From positions 1 through 45,184 of IMG/VR virus record IMGVR_UViG_3300038336_000112: 45,184 nt of DNA. One strand, written 5' to 3'. A program made the translations under genes and the position numbers. Every line of letters starts with the position of its first letter. Position 1 is the first letter of the stretch. Shown piece after piece: positions 1-8,821 of this stretch. The DNA comes from a virus. Taxonomy: Duplodnaviria > Caudoviricetes. Below the pieces are notes generated by a model, which worked only from the letters and a program-made list of their open reading frames with translations, did no database searches and was not told where the DNA came from.

Positions 1-2
1 AG

Positions 3-758
3 TTCGGCAACAAGGTGACACCGGAAATGATATTTGCCGGCATCCAGCGTCTGGGATTCGACCGGGTGATGGAAGTCGCCTATGGCGCGGATTGCGACAC
101 AATCCTACTCGCCGAAAAATACACAACCAAACAGGGAAAATTTCTTGGAACTTCCTGTTGCCCTTCGTGGGTCTTGACCGCACGAAATTCCTATCCGGAT
201 CTGGCGGAAAATATCGCCGACAGCTATACACCGATGGTGGAGACGGCGAAGAAGATCAAGGAATCCGATGTACATGCGAAGGTAATCTTCATCGGACCAT
301 GCATTGCCAAGAAGTATGAGGCACTCACCACCGAAGTGTCGGGATATGTGGATCATGTCTTGACCTTCGAGGAGCTTGCGGCGCTCTTCGTTGCCTTCGA
401 GATTGATCTCTCGACAATCGGGGAGAGTCCTGCCATTCAGGACGCGAGCATGCTCGGGCGCGGATATGCGAATGCTTCGGGAGTCGGGAATGCGATCATC
501 AGGACAGCAGAAGAGAAGTTCGGTATAACGGACATCAGCTTCGAAAAAGCAGACACCCTCTCCGATTGTCTTGAGATGCTGAAACATATCGACAAAGGTA
601 GTACCTGTCCGGATCTTGTGGAAGGAATGGCATGTCCCGGAGGATGCGTAGGCGGTCCCGGTACATTGGCTTCACCTCCCACGGCGGCACGGCACGTGGC
701 AAGGTTTGCTTCATCGGCACCCTTCGAGTTTCCCTTGTGTGATAAAATCGAGAGTTAA
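3..758 (+). CDS. [FeFe]-hydrogenase large-subunit-like Fe-S protein, C-terminal part (5' truncated by window edge)
   Basis: H-cluster motifs TSCCPSW, FIGPCIAKKYE and EGMACPGGCVGGPG; frame stays open to the window start. Confidence 0.85.
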   Translation, partial: FGNKVTPEMIFAGIQRLGFDRVMEVAYGADCDTILLAEKYTTKQGKFLGTSCCPSWVLTARNSYPDLAENIADSYTPMVETAKKIKESDVHAKVIFIGPCIAKKYEALTTEVSGYVDHVLTFEELAALFVAFEIDLSTIGESPAIQDASMLGRGYANASGVGNAIIRTAEEKFGITDISFEKADTLSDCLEMLKHIDKGSTCPDLVEGMACPGGCVGGPGTLASPPTAARHVARFASSAPFEFPLCDKIES

Positions 759-1058
759 ATATAACCAAATAATGAAAATAAATCCTAGCCATCTTCTTTC
801 ATAAAAGGTATCAGTTTCGTAAATGGGTCACTGCATCCTGTGCACTATCTTTTTACTCGCATTGTTGTTAGGCAAGCTAAACTTGATTCCCTTCTCTACT
901 CAAGATGCCTACCCGCCTATCGTCAACGGTTGGTATTTTGTCACCGGGTTGTGCTCAACAGTTGTTGACGATTTTATTCTGCTTTTAAATTCTTACTCAC
1001 TCTATGGTGGATTCTATATAAGTAAGCCTCACTCAGAAAGCATTCTCAGGAGTCATGA

Positions 1059-1715
1059 CCACCGGCATAGCCGGTGGCTTGCTGTCAGCCCTGTAAGGGC
1101 CTGATACCGGCAGCAGCTAAAGCTGCGTTTCACAACAGCATCCATTGCTCGCAACCCCTAAAGGGGTGCTTCCGTCATTCCGCTCCGAACCGATCCGCCT
1201 CTTCCTGGTTTTGGATGTACTTCTTGATCACCTCTTCGTTCAACCCTATGGTGCTCACATAGTACCCACGTGCCCAAAAAGTTCTATCCTTTCCGGTTCT
1301 CCGCCTCCATTCCGGATGTCGATCATACAGCATCAGGGCACTTTTCCCCTTCAGATACCCCATGATTCTCGACACCGATTCTTTCGGCGGTATTCTCACG
1401 CTCAAGTGGATGTGATCCTTGCTGATCGACCCTTCCACTATCTCAATCTTCTTCATCTCCAACAATTGCCGCAAGATCCCTTTCAACTCCTCGCGACATT
1501 CCCCGTACAACACCTTCCTCCGATACTTCGGGATCCACACGATGTGGTAGGTGCAATCCCAGCACGTGTGTGCTAGACTCTGTTCTGTCATCTGGCCTCC
1601 TGTCTTCTGTTCGGATGCGTTGTGAACCGCAACCAAACTGTATCACGGGAGGCCTTTTCTTTCGAAACATTTGTTCGGGTCTAACCACCTATCGCACCAC
1701 AGGCTCAGCCTGTGG
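1059..1715 (-). mobile_element. IS200/IS605-family insertion sequence (tnpA only)
   Basis: Y1 transposase flanked by related subterminal hairpins CCACCGGC-ATA-GCCGGTGG (1059-1077) and CCACAGGC-TCA-GCCTGTGG (1697-1715); true ends lie a few nt outside the hairpins. Confidence 0.85.
1175..1591 (-). CDS. tnpA: IS200-family HUH/Y1 transposase
   Basis: YHIVWIPKYRR, DHIHL (HUH), FWARGYYVST, YIQNQ (catalytic Tyr); ATG at 1591 preceded by GGAGG. Confidence 0.92.
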   Translation of the reverse strand: MTEQSLAHTCWDCTYHIVWIPKYRRKVLYGECREELKGILRQLLEMKKIEIVEGSISKDHIHLSVRIPPKESVSRIMGYLKGKSALMLYDRHPEWRRRTGKDRTFWARGYYVSTIGLNEEVIKKYIQNQEEADRFGAE

Positions 1716-1749
1716 ATTTCTTACACTATTAATTCTTATTTTGTACCAC

Positions 1750-2019
1750 AGTATACCTTTATTTCGACTATCCATCATCAATGACAACCTGCCCATGATA
1801 CAAGATTACCCTTTGCAAGTGTTTGTTTTGTAAACACTTAGTTTTCTGAAATTTTACCAGTTTTTCAGTTTTTTTTGATATTTTAGACTACTCAATTTCG
1901 TCAATTTTTACCAAGGCTACGCACACTCGCATCCTCAACATTACCGTTGATTCTTATACCATTTAGTTTTGGGGTTCAGGGGTTTTCTTCGTCCTATTCA
2001 CAGCCTTCTTGGAGCTGTA
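1750..2019. repeat. Copy 1 of 270-bp imperfect direct repeat (recombinase 3' end plus downstream DNA)
   Basis: Aligns by eye with 4838-5107 at offset 3088; contains inverted repeats AAGTGTTT-N7-AAACACTT and TCAAC-N6-GTTGA. Confidence 0.92.
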
Positions 2020-2973
2020 ATGGGTGCTCTTTCTGACCTTGTTCCCATACTCATCGATCTCAATGTTGGAGCGCTTCGCCTTGAGTTTCTGCACGCGCTT
2101 GAACCGGCGTTCATGGATGATTGGGAGGTGATGGTTGCGTGACCGGTGGACCTCGAACGGGTCACGGGCTTTTCTCTTGGTGGAAGGGAACTCTGCAGAC
2201 TCTGTTTCTCCATAGACTGAGGTGCCGGTATATTTCTCGTTGGTGAGAATATTTTCGATCGTCTTCACCGGCCATTTCTTCTTGCCCGTTGGTGAGGGAA
2301 CCTTGAGGGCTTCCAGTTCCTTCTTGATCCTCACTATGCTCCAGCCTTGCTCGTACCAATCAAAGATCTTCAGGACTATTCTGGCTTCTGCGATATTGAG
2401 GATGAGGCCTTCCTCCTCATTACGATCATACCCATAACACCTACGAGAGAATGCCGGGGAGTCTGGATCCATGGTGCTCCTTCTCAGACCCCATTTGATG
2501 TTCTCGCTCTTGTTCTCACTCTCTGCCTGGGCTACACCGGCATGAAGAGTAAGGAGCAACTCCCCTGCCTGGCTGAGGAGGTGGATCCTCTCATTATAGA
2601 AAAAGACATCAATTTTCAGTTCCTTGAGCCGCCTGAGCGTCACCAGAAAATCAACGCAGTTGCGTCCGAACCGGCTGATGGACTTGGTATAGATCATATC
2701 GATCTTACCCGCCTCACAATCAGCAAGGAGGCTTTGGAATCCCGGTCTGGAGCTGATGGTCCGTCCCGACTTGATATCGGTATAGGTACCAACATATTCC
2801 CAAGCAGGGTTCTCCAGGATATCCTCTTTCTCGAAATCCATCTGGGCTGACAGGCTTTGCAGCTGTCGTTCCATATGTGTGCTCACACGGCAGTACAAGG
2901 CGACCCGGAGACGCTTGAAATGCCGTCTGGCTGGGATGACATGTATGATGGGTTTTCTTTTCTCGTCCGGCAT
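1963..2973 (-). CDS. Serine recombinase (resolvase + recombinase domains)
   Basis: YCRVST catalytic Ser motif, SGR...RPGF, KSISRFGRN, YGY, ILTNEKYTG. Confidence 0.92.
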   Translation of the reverse strand: MPDEKRKPIIHVIPARRHFKRLRVALYCRVSTHMERQLQSLSAQMDFEKEDILENPAWEYVGTYTDIKSGRTISSRPGFQSLLADCEAGKIDMIYTKSISRFGRNCVDFLVTLRRLKELKIDVFFYNERIHLLSQAGELLLTLHAGVAQAESENKSENIKWGLRRSTMDPDSPAFSRRCYGYDRNEEEGLILNIAEARIVLKIFDWYEQGWSIVRIKKELEALKVPSPTGKKKWPVKTIENILTNEKYTGTSVYGETESAEFPSTKRKARDPFEVHRSRNHHLPIIHERRFKRVQKLKAKRSNIEIDEYGNKVRKSTHYSSKKAVNRTKKTPEPQN

Positions 2974-3113
2974 GGTTTTTTATAACACGAATGGAAAGGG
3001 ATGGATAGATTGTTATTAGGATGAGTTAAAAAGACATAAACCAAGAAAATCATGATAGCTGAATCTGATATATCAAGAGACTTTGGAAATTCACTCCTGT
3101 CTTTATCTTCTAG

Positions 3114-3680
3114 CTAGTTTTCATTGGAAGTTGCCCATATACCATTTACTAGGATGAAATAATCAGCAATATCCTCGGGAGTATGGGAGAATCCACCTTG
3201 GATCCACCAATTCACTGTGAATGCAAAGCTGGAGATAAGATGATTCAAGAGGTAATCGGTGGAAACCCGGATAGAGGAGGCTGAAGCGCAAGGTTCGAAT
3301 ATGTCTTTGAGATAATCACCAAAATAACGTATGAACAACTGTCCATTTTCTGAAGAGAAAACGCCTTTTGTCGTTGAGCTGTTGTCTTTGAGATGATAGA
3401 GAATATGGATGAGTCGATTTTTTAGATCGGTGTTCGAGTCGGAGAAGTCATGTGATTCTTCTGTTCGGATTGTTGTCGAGAGGATATGGATGAAAATTTC
3501 CGAACAGACGGCATCCATCAGATCCGCCTTGGTTTCAAAGTGGGAATAGAAGGTACTGCGTCCGATGTTCGCCTCATCCGCAATGTCCTTTATCGATATA
3601 TCTTCGAAGCGTTCTCCTTCGAGAAGCTTGTCTAGTGCTTTGAATATTGCATTCCTTGTTTTTTGTTGCCGCCTATCCAT
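3114..3680 (-). CDS. TetR/AcrR-family transcriptional regulator
   Basis: ISIKDIADEANIGRSTFYSHF HTH; GGAGG upstream of tandem ATGs at 3683/3680; divergent from transporter. Confidence 0.9.
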   Translation of the reverse strand: MDRRQQKTRNAIFKALDKLLEGERFEDISIKDIADEANIGRSTFYSHFETKADLMDAVCSEIFIHILSTTIRTEESHDFSDSNTDLKNRLIHILYHLKDNSSTTKGVFSSENGQLFIRYFGDYLKDIFEPCASASSIRVSTDYLLNHLISSFAFTVNWWIQGGFSHTPEDIADYFILVNGIWATSNEN

Positions 3681-3778
3681 CATTCCTCCGAACATTTTTG
3701 TACTAAGTGTTCAATAACTTACACTATGGCAGATTGTAGCATGGAAACTCAGACCGAGGGAACATACAATCTGGTCGT

Positions 3779-4693
3779 ATGAAACAGAACACAAACAGAT
3801 CCGGAATAACTATGGCTCTACTGGCTGCAGCCTGCTATGCGGTGAATGCCCCTTTTTCAAAAATCTTGTTGGAACACATCCCCTCGACTCTCATGGCAGG
3901 ATTCCTCTATATCGGTGCAGGGGCCGCTATGGTGGTGATTAGTCTGCTCCAGAATACGGCAACCATCAGAACTGATGAGAAAAAACTTGGCAAGGCGGAA
4001 CTGCCGTATGTGATTATGATGGTAGCTTTGGATATTGCTGCCCCGATATTCTACCTCATAGGGTTGAAGACTGCCACTGCAGCGAATGCTTCTCTATTGA
4101 CAAACTTCGAGACGGTAGCGACCGCAATGATTGCGCTGATGTTTTTCAAGGAAAGAATCAGCCTGCGGTTATGGGCTGGAATAGCCTTCTTTACCTTTTC
4201 CAGCATACTCCTGTCAGTTGAGGATCTGTCGGCCCTTCGGTTTTCCATGGGATCGTTATTTGTTGTACTTGCATATTGCTGCTGGGGAATCGAAAACAAC
4301 TTCACACGAAAGCTGTCTTCAAAAGACCCATCTCAGATAGTGCTCATCAAGGGATTCGGCTCAGGAATCGGCTCTCTGATGATCGGTTTGGTTCTTGGGG
4401 AACGGATTGGCACCATGTGGCCTGTCTTCGCAACCATTGCCCTTGGCAGTGTGTCCTTTGGTTTAAGCAGCTATTTGTATGTGTATGCTCAACGATACCT
4501 TGGAGCCTCTCGTACCAGTGCCTATTATTCAGCGGCGCCATTCATCGGTGCGGTCCTATCATTCGTGGTATTCATGGAGCTTCCCGGTCTACAGTACTTG
4601 GTCGCCTTCGCTATGATGATCATTGGTGCCTTTCTCTCCTCCAGCGACAAAAGCCTATTCTGCTTGGACTATAAAAGTTCCCGAGTACGATAA
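3779..4693 (+). CDS. DMT/EamA-family transporter
   Basis: About 10 hydrophobic segments in two repeats; FFKERI and CWGIENN motifs. Confidence 0.88.
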   Translation: MKQNTNRSGITMALLAAACYAVNAPFSKILLEHIPSTLMAGFLYIGAGAAMVVISLLQNTATIRTDEKKLGKAELPYVIMMVALDIAAPIFYLIGLKTATAANASLLTNFETVATAMIALMFFKERISLRLWAGIAFFTFSSILLSVEDLSALRFSMGSLFVVLAYCCWGIENNFTRKLSSKDPSQIVLIKGFGSGIGSLMIGLVLGERIGTMWPVFATIALGSVSFGLSSYLYVYAQRYLGASRTSAYYSAAPFIGAVLSFVVFMELPGLQYLVAFAMMIIGAFLSSSDKSLFCLDYKSSRVR

Positions 4694-4837
4694 TCAGTAA
4701 TTTTGCTTTCAGCCAAATATCAACATATGTGATTATGGAGACTGGGCTGTTTGGTTGTAAATGAACAATCAATAGCGATATGTCGTTTCAATCCAATGGA
4801 TTTTTCCAAATGGCTCAACGTTTTTAACTTGTTCCTT

Positions 4838-5107
4838 AGTATAAATTTATTTCGACTATAAATCATCAATGACAACTTGCCCTTGATACAAGATTACCCT
4901 ATGCAAGTGTTTGTTTTGTAAACACTTATTTTTCTGGAATTTTACCAGTTTTTCATCATTTTTTGATATTTTAGACTACTCAATTTCGTCAATTTTTATC
5001 CCAGGTACGCACACTCGTATTTTCAACAATACCGTTGATTCTTATGCCATTTAGTTTTGGGGTTCGGGGGTTTTCTTTGCCTTGGTCACAGCCTTCCTGG
5101 AGCTGTA
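4838..5107. repeat. Copy 2 of 270-bp imperfect direct repeat
   Basis: Aligns with 1750-2019. Confidence 0.92.
5051..5107 (-). pseudogene. 3'-terminal remnant of a second serine recombinase gene
   Basis: Translates YSSRKAVTKAKKTPEPQN* versus YSSKKAVNRTKKTPEPQN* in the intact gene; similarity stops at 5107. Confidence 0.8.
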
Positions 5108-5181
5108 GTAGGCTCATCTGTATTTGACGTTGTGATCGGCTTGTTATCATTTTCGAGTTTCTTTCTCAATCACAGATATTT

Positions 5182-6012
5182 CTAAATATCACCTTTAGCG
5201 ATGTTAACTAAATCATGCCACGTCAAAGTTTCGAGATCCTCACTATTAAATGAGTAATAAGTAGCCAATATATTACTTACAATACGTTTTCTATCGTCAA
5301 AACCACCTGCCAAGTAATTTTCTCTAATCCTTTTATGTTCCTTCAATTTTAGTACCACTGCCTCATATGAATATACAGCTGAGAGATTTTCAATAATTTT
5401 CATATCAATTGATCCGATAAATTCATGGCTTATCTTTGTTAGAGTTGCTACATCTTTAAATGTTGGGGGACTTCCCCCTAAATAGTCAGCAAGAAGTTTA
5501 TGAATGTCTAGTCCAGCATATTTATCATGAATCAATTCTTCGTTACCTGTTAAGCATTCATAATGTTCCTTCTTTATTTCATTTTCTGAAAAAAAATGAA
5601 GCATGTTATTCCTGTAACAAATCAACAAATCAATGAAAGCTTTCTGGAGTCGGTCGGTTCGAAAGTATTCTGCAACACCCATTGCCTTTTTAAAAACTGA
5701 TTGTCCTGCACCATCGAATATTTCTTGGAATTTTACATTTTCTATGTATTTAGGTTTTCTGTTTAGCTCTGTGAAATATAGGTCAAGCCCATCAACAGCA
5801 AAAGCTAGATAAGATTTTAAGATAAATTGTCGGGACCTACTTATTGAATTTTCCAAATTCTCAGGGTTCCACGTGGTTGAAAAATCTTCAGGACATTTAA
5901 TGTTCTTATCCGTTAATCTCAAATTATAAAGAGCAATTAATGAAGTTATCAAAAAATGATTTGATTGTCCAAAATTCTTTTTAAATTTTTTACGTGCAGC
6001 TGTTGTCTTCAT
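5182..6012 (-). CDS. Putative HEPN-domain RNase
   Basis: R-x4-H motif RNNMLH (5613-5596) at the end of a hydrophobic helix, upstream acidic helix AVDGLDLYF, basic N-terminus; defence-island context. Confidence 0.65.
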   Translation of the reverse strand: MKTTAARKKFKKNFGQSNHFLITSLIALYNLRLTDKNIKCPEDFSTTWNPENLENSISRSRQFILKSYLAFAVDGLDLYFTELNRKPKYIENVKFQEIFDGAGQSVFKKAMGVAEYFRTDRLQKAFIDLLICYRNNMLHFFSENEIKKEHYECLTGNEELIHDKYAGLDIHKLLADYLGGSPPTFKDVATLTKISHEFIGSIDMKIIENLSAVYSYEAVVLKLKEHKRIRENYLAGGFDDRKRIVSNILATYYSFNSEDLETLTWHDLVNIAKGDI

Positions 6013-6018
6013 AAATAT

Positions 6019-6113
6019 TGCAACATATAGGACTCGAACCTACATCTCTCCCTTTTAAGGATGCACAAACACACCAGTGAAGGGGAACGGCTTTCCAGTT
6101 AGTCTAATGTTAC
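6019..6113 (-). ncRNA. tRNA-like RNA with 30-nt expanded anticodon loop
   Basis: GTAACAT-TA-GACT-AACTGGAA-AGCC-G-TTCCC-[30 nt]-GGGAG-AGAT-GTAGG-TTCGAGT-CCTAT-ATGTTGC-A: acceptor, D, anticodon and T stems; U8, A14, G18G19, A21, A15:U48 and TTCGA all present; no encoded CCA. Confidence 0.8.
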
Positions 6114-6119
6114 GGACTA

Positions 6120-6148
6120 AGTATAATCTACAATATTCCAGAAAACAA
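6120..6148 (-). promoter_or_regulatory. sigma70-type promoter for the tRNA-like RNA/HEPN transcript
   Basis: TTGTTT(6148-6143)-N17-TATACT(6125-6120); predicted +1 falls on G6113, the first nt of the cloverleaf. Confidence 0.65.
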
Positions 6149-6277
6149 TAATTAGAGTTTTGACATTTGGCTATTAGAATATTTATGCTGTGCTTGCTCA
6201 AATAGTCATGATTTGTCTTCTATTAATAAATCAAAAAAATACCTCACTTTAATTTCATATATGACAATATTTTTTCT

Positions 6278-6841
6278 TTATTCATATCTCCGTCTTTTAT
6301 CTTCTAATAACTTTTTTAAAAAGGGTTTGATTGATCCAAGAATAATAGCAGCTACTTTTTTTTCTTCTCTACTAGATAGCTCAGATTTTTTATTGAACAT
6401 CTTTAACATAAATTTATAGTCCAACTCTGGATTAAAATTATTATACTTGTTTCTCTTGAAGGCACCTTCTTCAAACAAATAATGAAGCATTTTTTTTGAG
6501 AAGAACTCGGCTGATAAGGTTAAGAATTGGTTATTTTCAATGGCGTGAAGTAACTTAAAAAGTTGTTCTTTAATTTTCACCTCTTCATCCAAGTCGTTTC
6601 TTTCAAACTTTTTTATACAAGAACTTCCAATGGGGAATAGAGTTTTTCCATTTAAATCATTACGAATTGTGAAGAGATAACGTAAATTTTCCTTCCCACA
6701 GATACACGATTCTATTAGTGTATCGTCCTCTGCAAAATCATGAATACTCCATTCTTCTACTGCAGATTTCCAATCTTTTGCTACTGATAATTCGATTACA
6801 GTTTCTATTAACCTATTATAATATGAACTACTTTCACTCAA
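6278..6841 (-). CDS. Hypothetical protein with putative Zn-binding CxC...C motif
   Basis: 187-aa ORF, TTG start with GGAGG SD; SCICGKENLRY...IGSSCI. Confidence 0.7.
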   Translation of the reverse strand: MSESSSYYNRLIETVIELSVAKDWKSAVEEWSIHDFAEDDTLIESCICGKENLRYLFTIRNDLNGKTLFPIGSSCIKKFERNDLDEEVKIKEQLFKLLHAIENNQFLTLSAEFFSKKMLHYLFEEGAFKRNKYNNFNPELDYKFMLKMFNKKSELSSREEKKVAAIILGSIKPFLKKLLEDKRRRYE

Positions 6842-7258
6842 TCGCTTCCCTCCAAATTTATCTTTTTATAACGAATATCCATCGATGATGTCTTTAGATT
6901 ACGTCCTCTATGGTAAAATGTAAAAATAAATTCTTGCCTAAATTGATTATTTTTTTTACGTAACCTACTCACAATCCTGACTTTCAACTTCTACACCATT
7001 GTATAGATTCAATATTTTTGTTGCTATGTCGATTAGTAAGAGGAGTCTTCACTTCAATTTTTCTTTTTGATTTCCTCACTCCAATATCTTTTCTTACCAT
7101 CAAACCACATTTCTCCCTTAGAAGAAGAAAAACATTTGTAGAATAGCTGGAATAATTTTTATTCGATCTACTGTATTCAATAAAAAATTATTAAATACAT
7201 GACTTTTGGGAGATTATGGACGATAATCAACGTACTAGACTATTAAAGGTGCACCCAT

Positions 7259-8821
7259 ATGCAACGAATTGTGAAAGGAATCCGACTTTTTAACTATTGT
7301 CGTTTTATGGACTTCTCAACAGATTTTAATGATAGGCTAAATATATTGATTGGAGATAATGAATCGGGTAAAAGTAGTATTTTATCTGCAATTGATATTG
7401 TATTGAGTGGAAGTCGTAGTAAGGTTGAGGCACTTGGTTTAGATAAACTATTTAATACTGATATTATTAAGAATTATTTAAAGTCTGCAAAAAGGTACGA
7501 TGACCTGCCTGAACTTTTTATTGAAGTCTTTTTAAATGATTTCAATGAAAAGGAACTAGAAGGGAAAAGTCATCCTTCTGGCCAGTATTGTCATGGGTTA
7601 TATTTATTATGCCAACCTAGAGATGATCTAAGTAAAGAAATAAAAGACATTCTTGATAAAGGTGAGGATAACTTTCCTTTTGAATATTATTCAATAACCT
7701 TCAAAACATTTGCAGACCAAAGCTATACCGGGTATAGCCGGTTCCTCCGTCATCTACTAATTGATAATTCAAAAATTAGCAATGATTATGCAACAAAGAC
7801 CTATATTAGTACTGTGTACCAGGCTTTTGCTGACGGCGCTGAGAGAAACAAACATCTTTATGAGTATAGAAGCTATAAGGAGAAATATTCTAAAACTGAA
7901 CTTGCAAATATTAATAGTAGGATTCAAGATTACAAATTTGCTGTTAAGTCAAATTCCAAAAACAACCTTGAAACTGATCTGACTATTACTGAAGAGGGCA
8001 TTGATATTGAGAATAAAGGGATGGGGCGTCAATGTTTCATCAGAACAGAGTTTGCTTTGCAGAAAAATGGTAACGAATTAGACGTCATACTTTTAGAAGA
8101 GCCAGAAAACCACTTAAGTCATACAAATATGTACAGATTGATTCAAAAGATAAAAGATACCGACTCTCGTCAAGTTTTTCTTTCTACACATAGCAATCTT
8201 ATTAGTGCTAGATTAGATTTGAGAAAATCTATCTTCTTGAATAGCAGTTCTTGCGATCCTCTGCAGCTAAATAAATTAGAAGAGAATACTGCAAAATTTT
8301 TTATGAAGGCTTCAGATAACAATATTTTAGAATACATTATGTCTAATAAAGTATTATTAGTAGAAGGTGATGCTGAATATATATTAATGAGTCAATTTTA
8401 TTATAACTCAACATCAGAAGAGATTGAGAAAAGTGGTATTCATATAATATCTGTTAGGGGGACAAGTTTTAAACGATATTTGGATGTCGCAAAAATTTTA
8501 AAAATTAAAACAGCCATAATCCGTGATAATGATGGAAACTATAAAAACAATATCACTGAGTCATATAAGAATTATATATCAGACATAATCCAGGTTTTCT
8601 CTGATGAAAATGATGATATAAAGACTTTTGAAATTGCTGTATTTAATGAAAACCGAAATATCTGTAATGAGTTGTTTGCTCCTGGTCGAAAAACTTTGTC
8701 AGTCTTAGATTATATGTTATCAGAAAAAGCTCAATGTGCATTTGAATTGCTGGATAAGAAAGGAGAGGAACTTTCCGTCCCTAAATATATAATAAAGGCA
8801 ATAAATTGGATAAGAAAATAA
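7259..8821 (+). CDS. gajA: OLD-family ABC ATPase-TOPRIM nuclease (GajA-like)
   Basis: Walker A GDNESGKSS, Walker B/D-loop LLEEPENHL, H-loop STHS, TOPRIM LVEGDAE and RDND; overlaps a UvrD gene. Confidence 0.8.
   Translation: MQRIVKGIRLFNYCRFMDFSTDFNDRLNILIGDNESGKSSILSAIDIVLSGSRSKVEALGLDKLFNTDIIKNYLKSAKRYDDLPELFIEVFLNDFNEKELEGKSHPSGQYCHGLYLLCQPRDDLSKEIKDILDKGEDNFPFEYYSITFKTFADQSYTGYSRFLRHLLIDNSKISNDYATKTYISTVYQAFADGAERNKHLYEYRSYKEKYSKTELANINSRIQDYKFAVKSNSKNNLETDLTITEEGIDIENKGMGRQCFIRTEFALQKNGNELDVILLEEPENHLSHTNMYRLIQKIKDTDSRQVFLSTHSNLISARLDLRKSIFLNSSSCDPLQLNKLEENTAKFFMKASDNNILEYIMSNKVLLVEGDAEYILMSQFYYNSTSEEIEKSGIHIISVRGTSFKRYLDVAKILKIKTAIIRDNDGNYKNNITESYKNYISDIIQVFSDENDDIKTFEIAVFNENRNICNELFAPGRKTLSVLDYMLSEKAQCAFELLDKKGEELSVPKYIIKAINWIRK

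Noticed and set aside
823-1833. Plus-strand ORFs 823-1104, 1145-1576 and 1570-1833
   Set aside because: They cross IS ends or are antisense to tnpA; no SD or recognisable motifs
1901-1950. Possible duplicated 3' end of a host target gene as att core
   Set aside because: No reading frame gives a recognisable host gene C-terminus; the att core cannot be fixed without the other prophage end
6019-6113. Calling the cloverleaf a normal tRNA-Leu(UAA) or a UGA-reading tRNA
   Set aside because: Anticodon loop is 30 nt, there is no long variable arm (needed for Leu/Sec) and no CCA; no anticodon can be assigned without assuming splicing
6982-7110. 42-codon minus-strand ORF MWFDGKKRYW...
   Set aside because: Short, SD only 2 nt from ATG, no recognisable family; may be a gene remnant but cannot be supported
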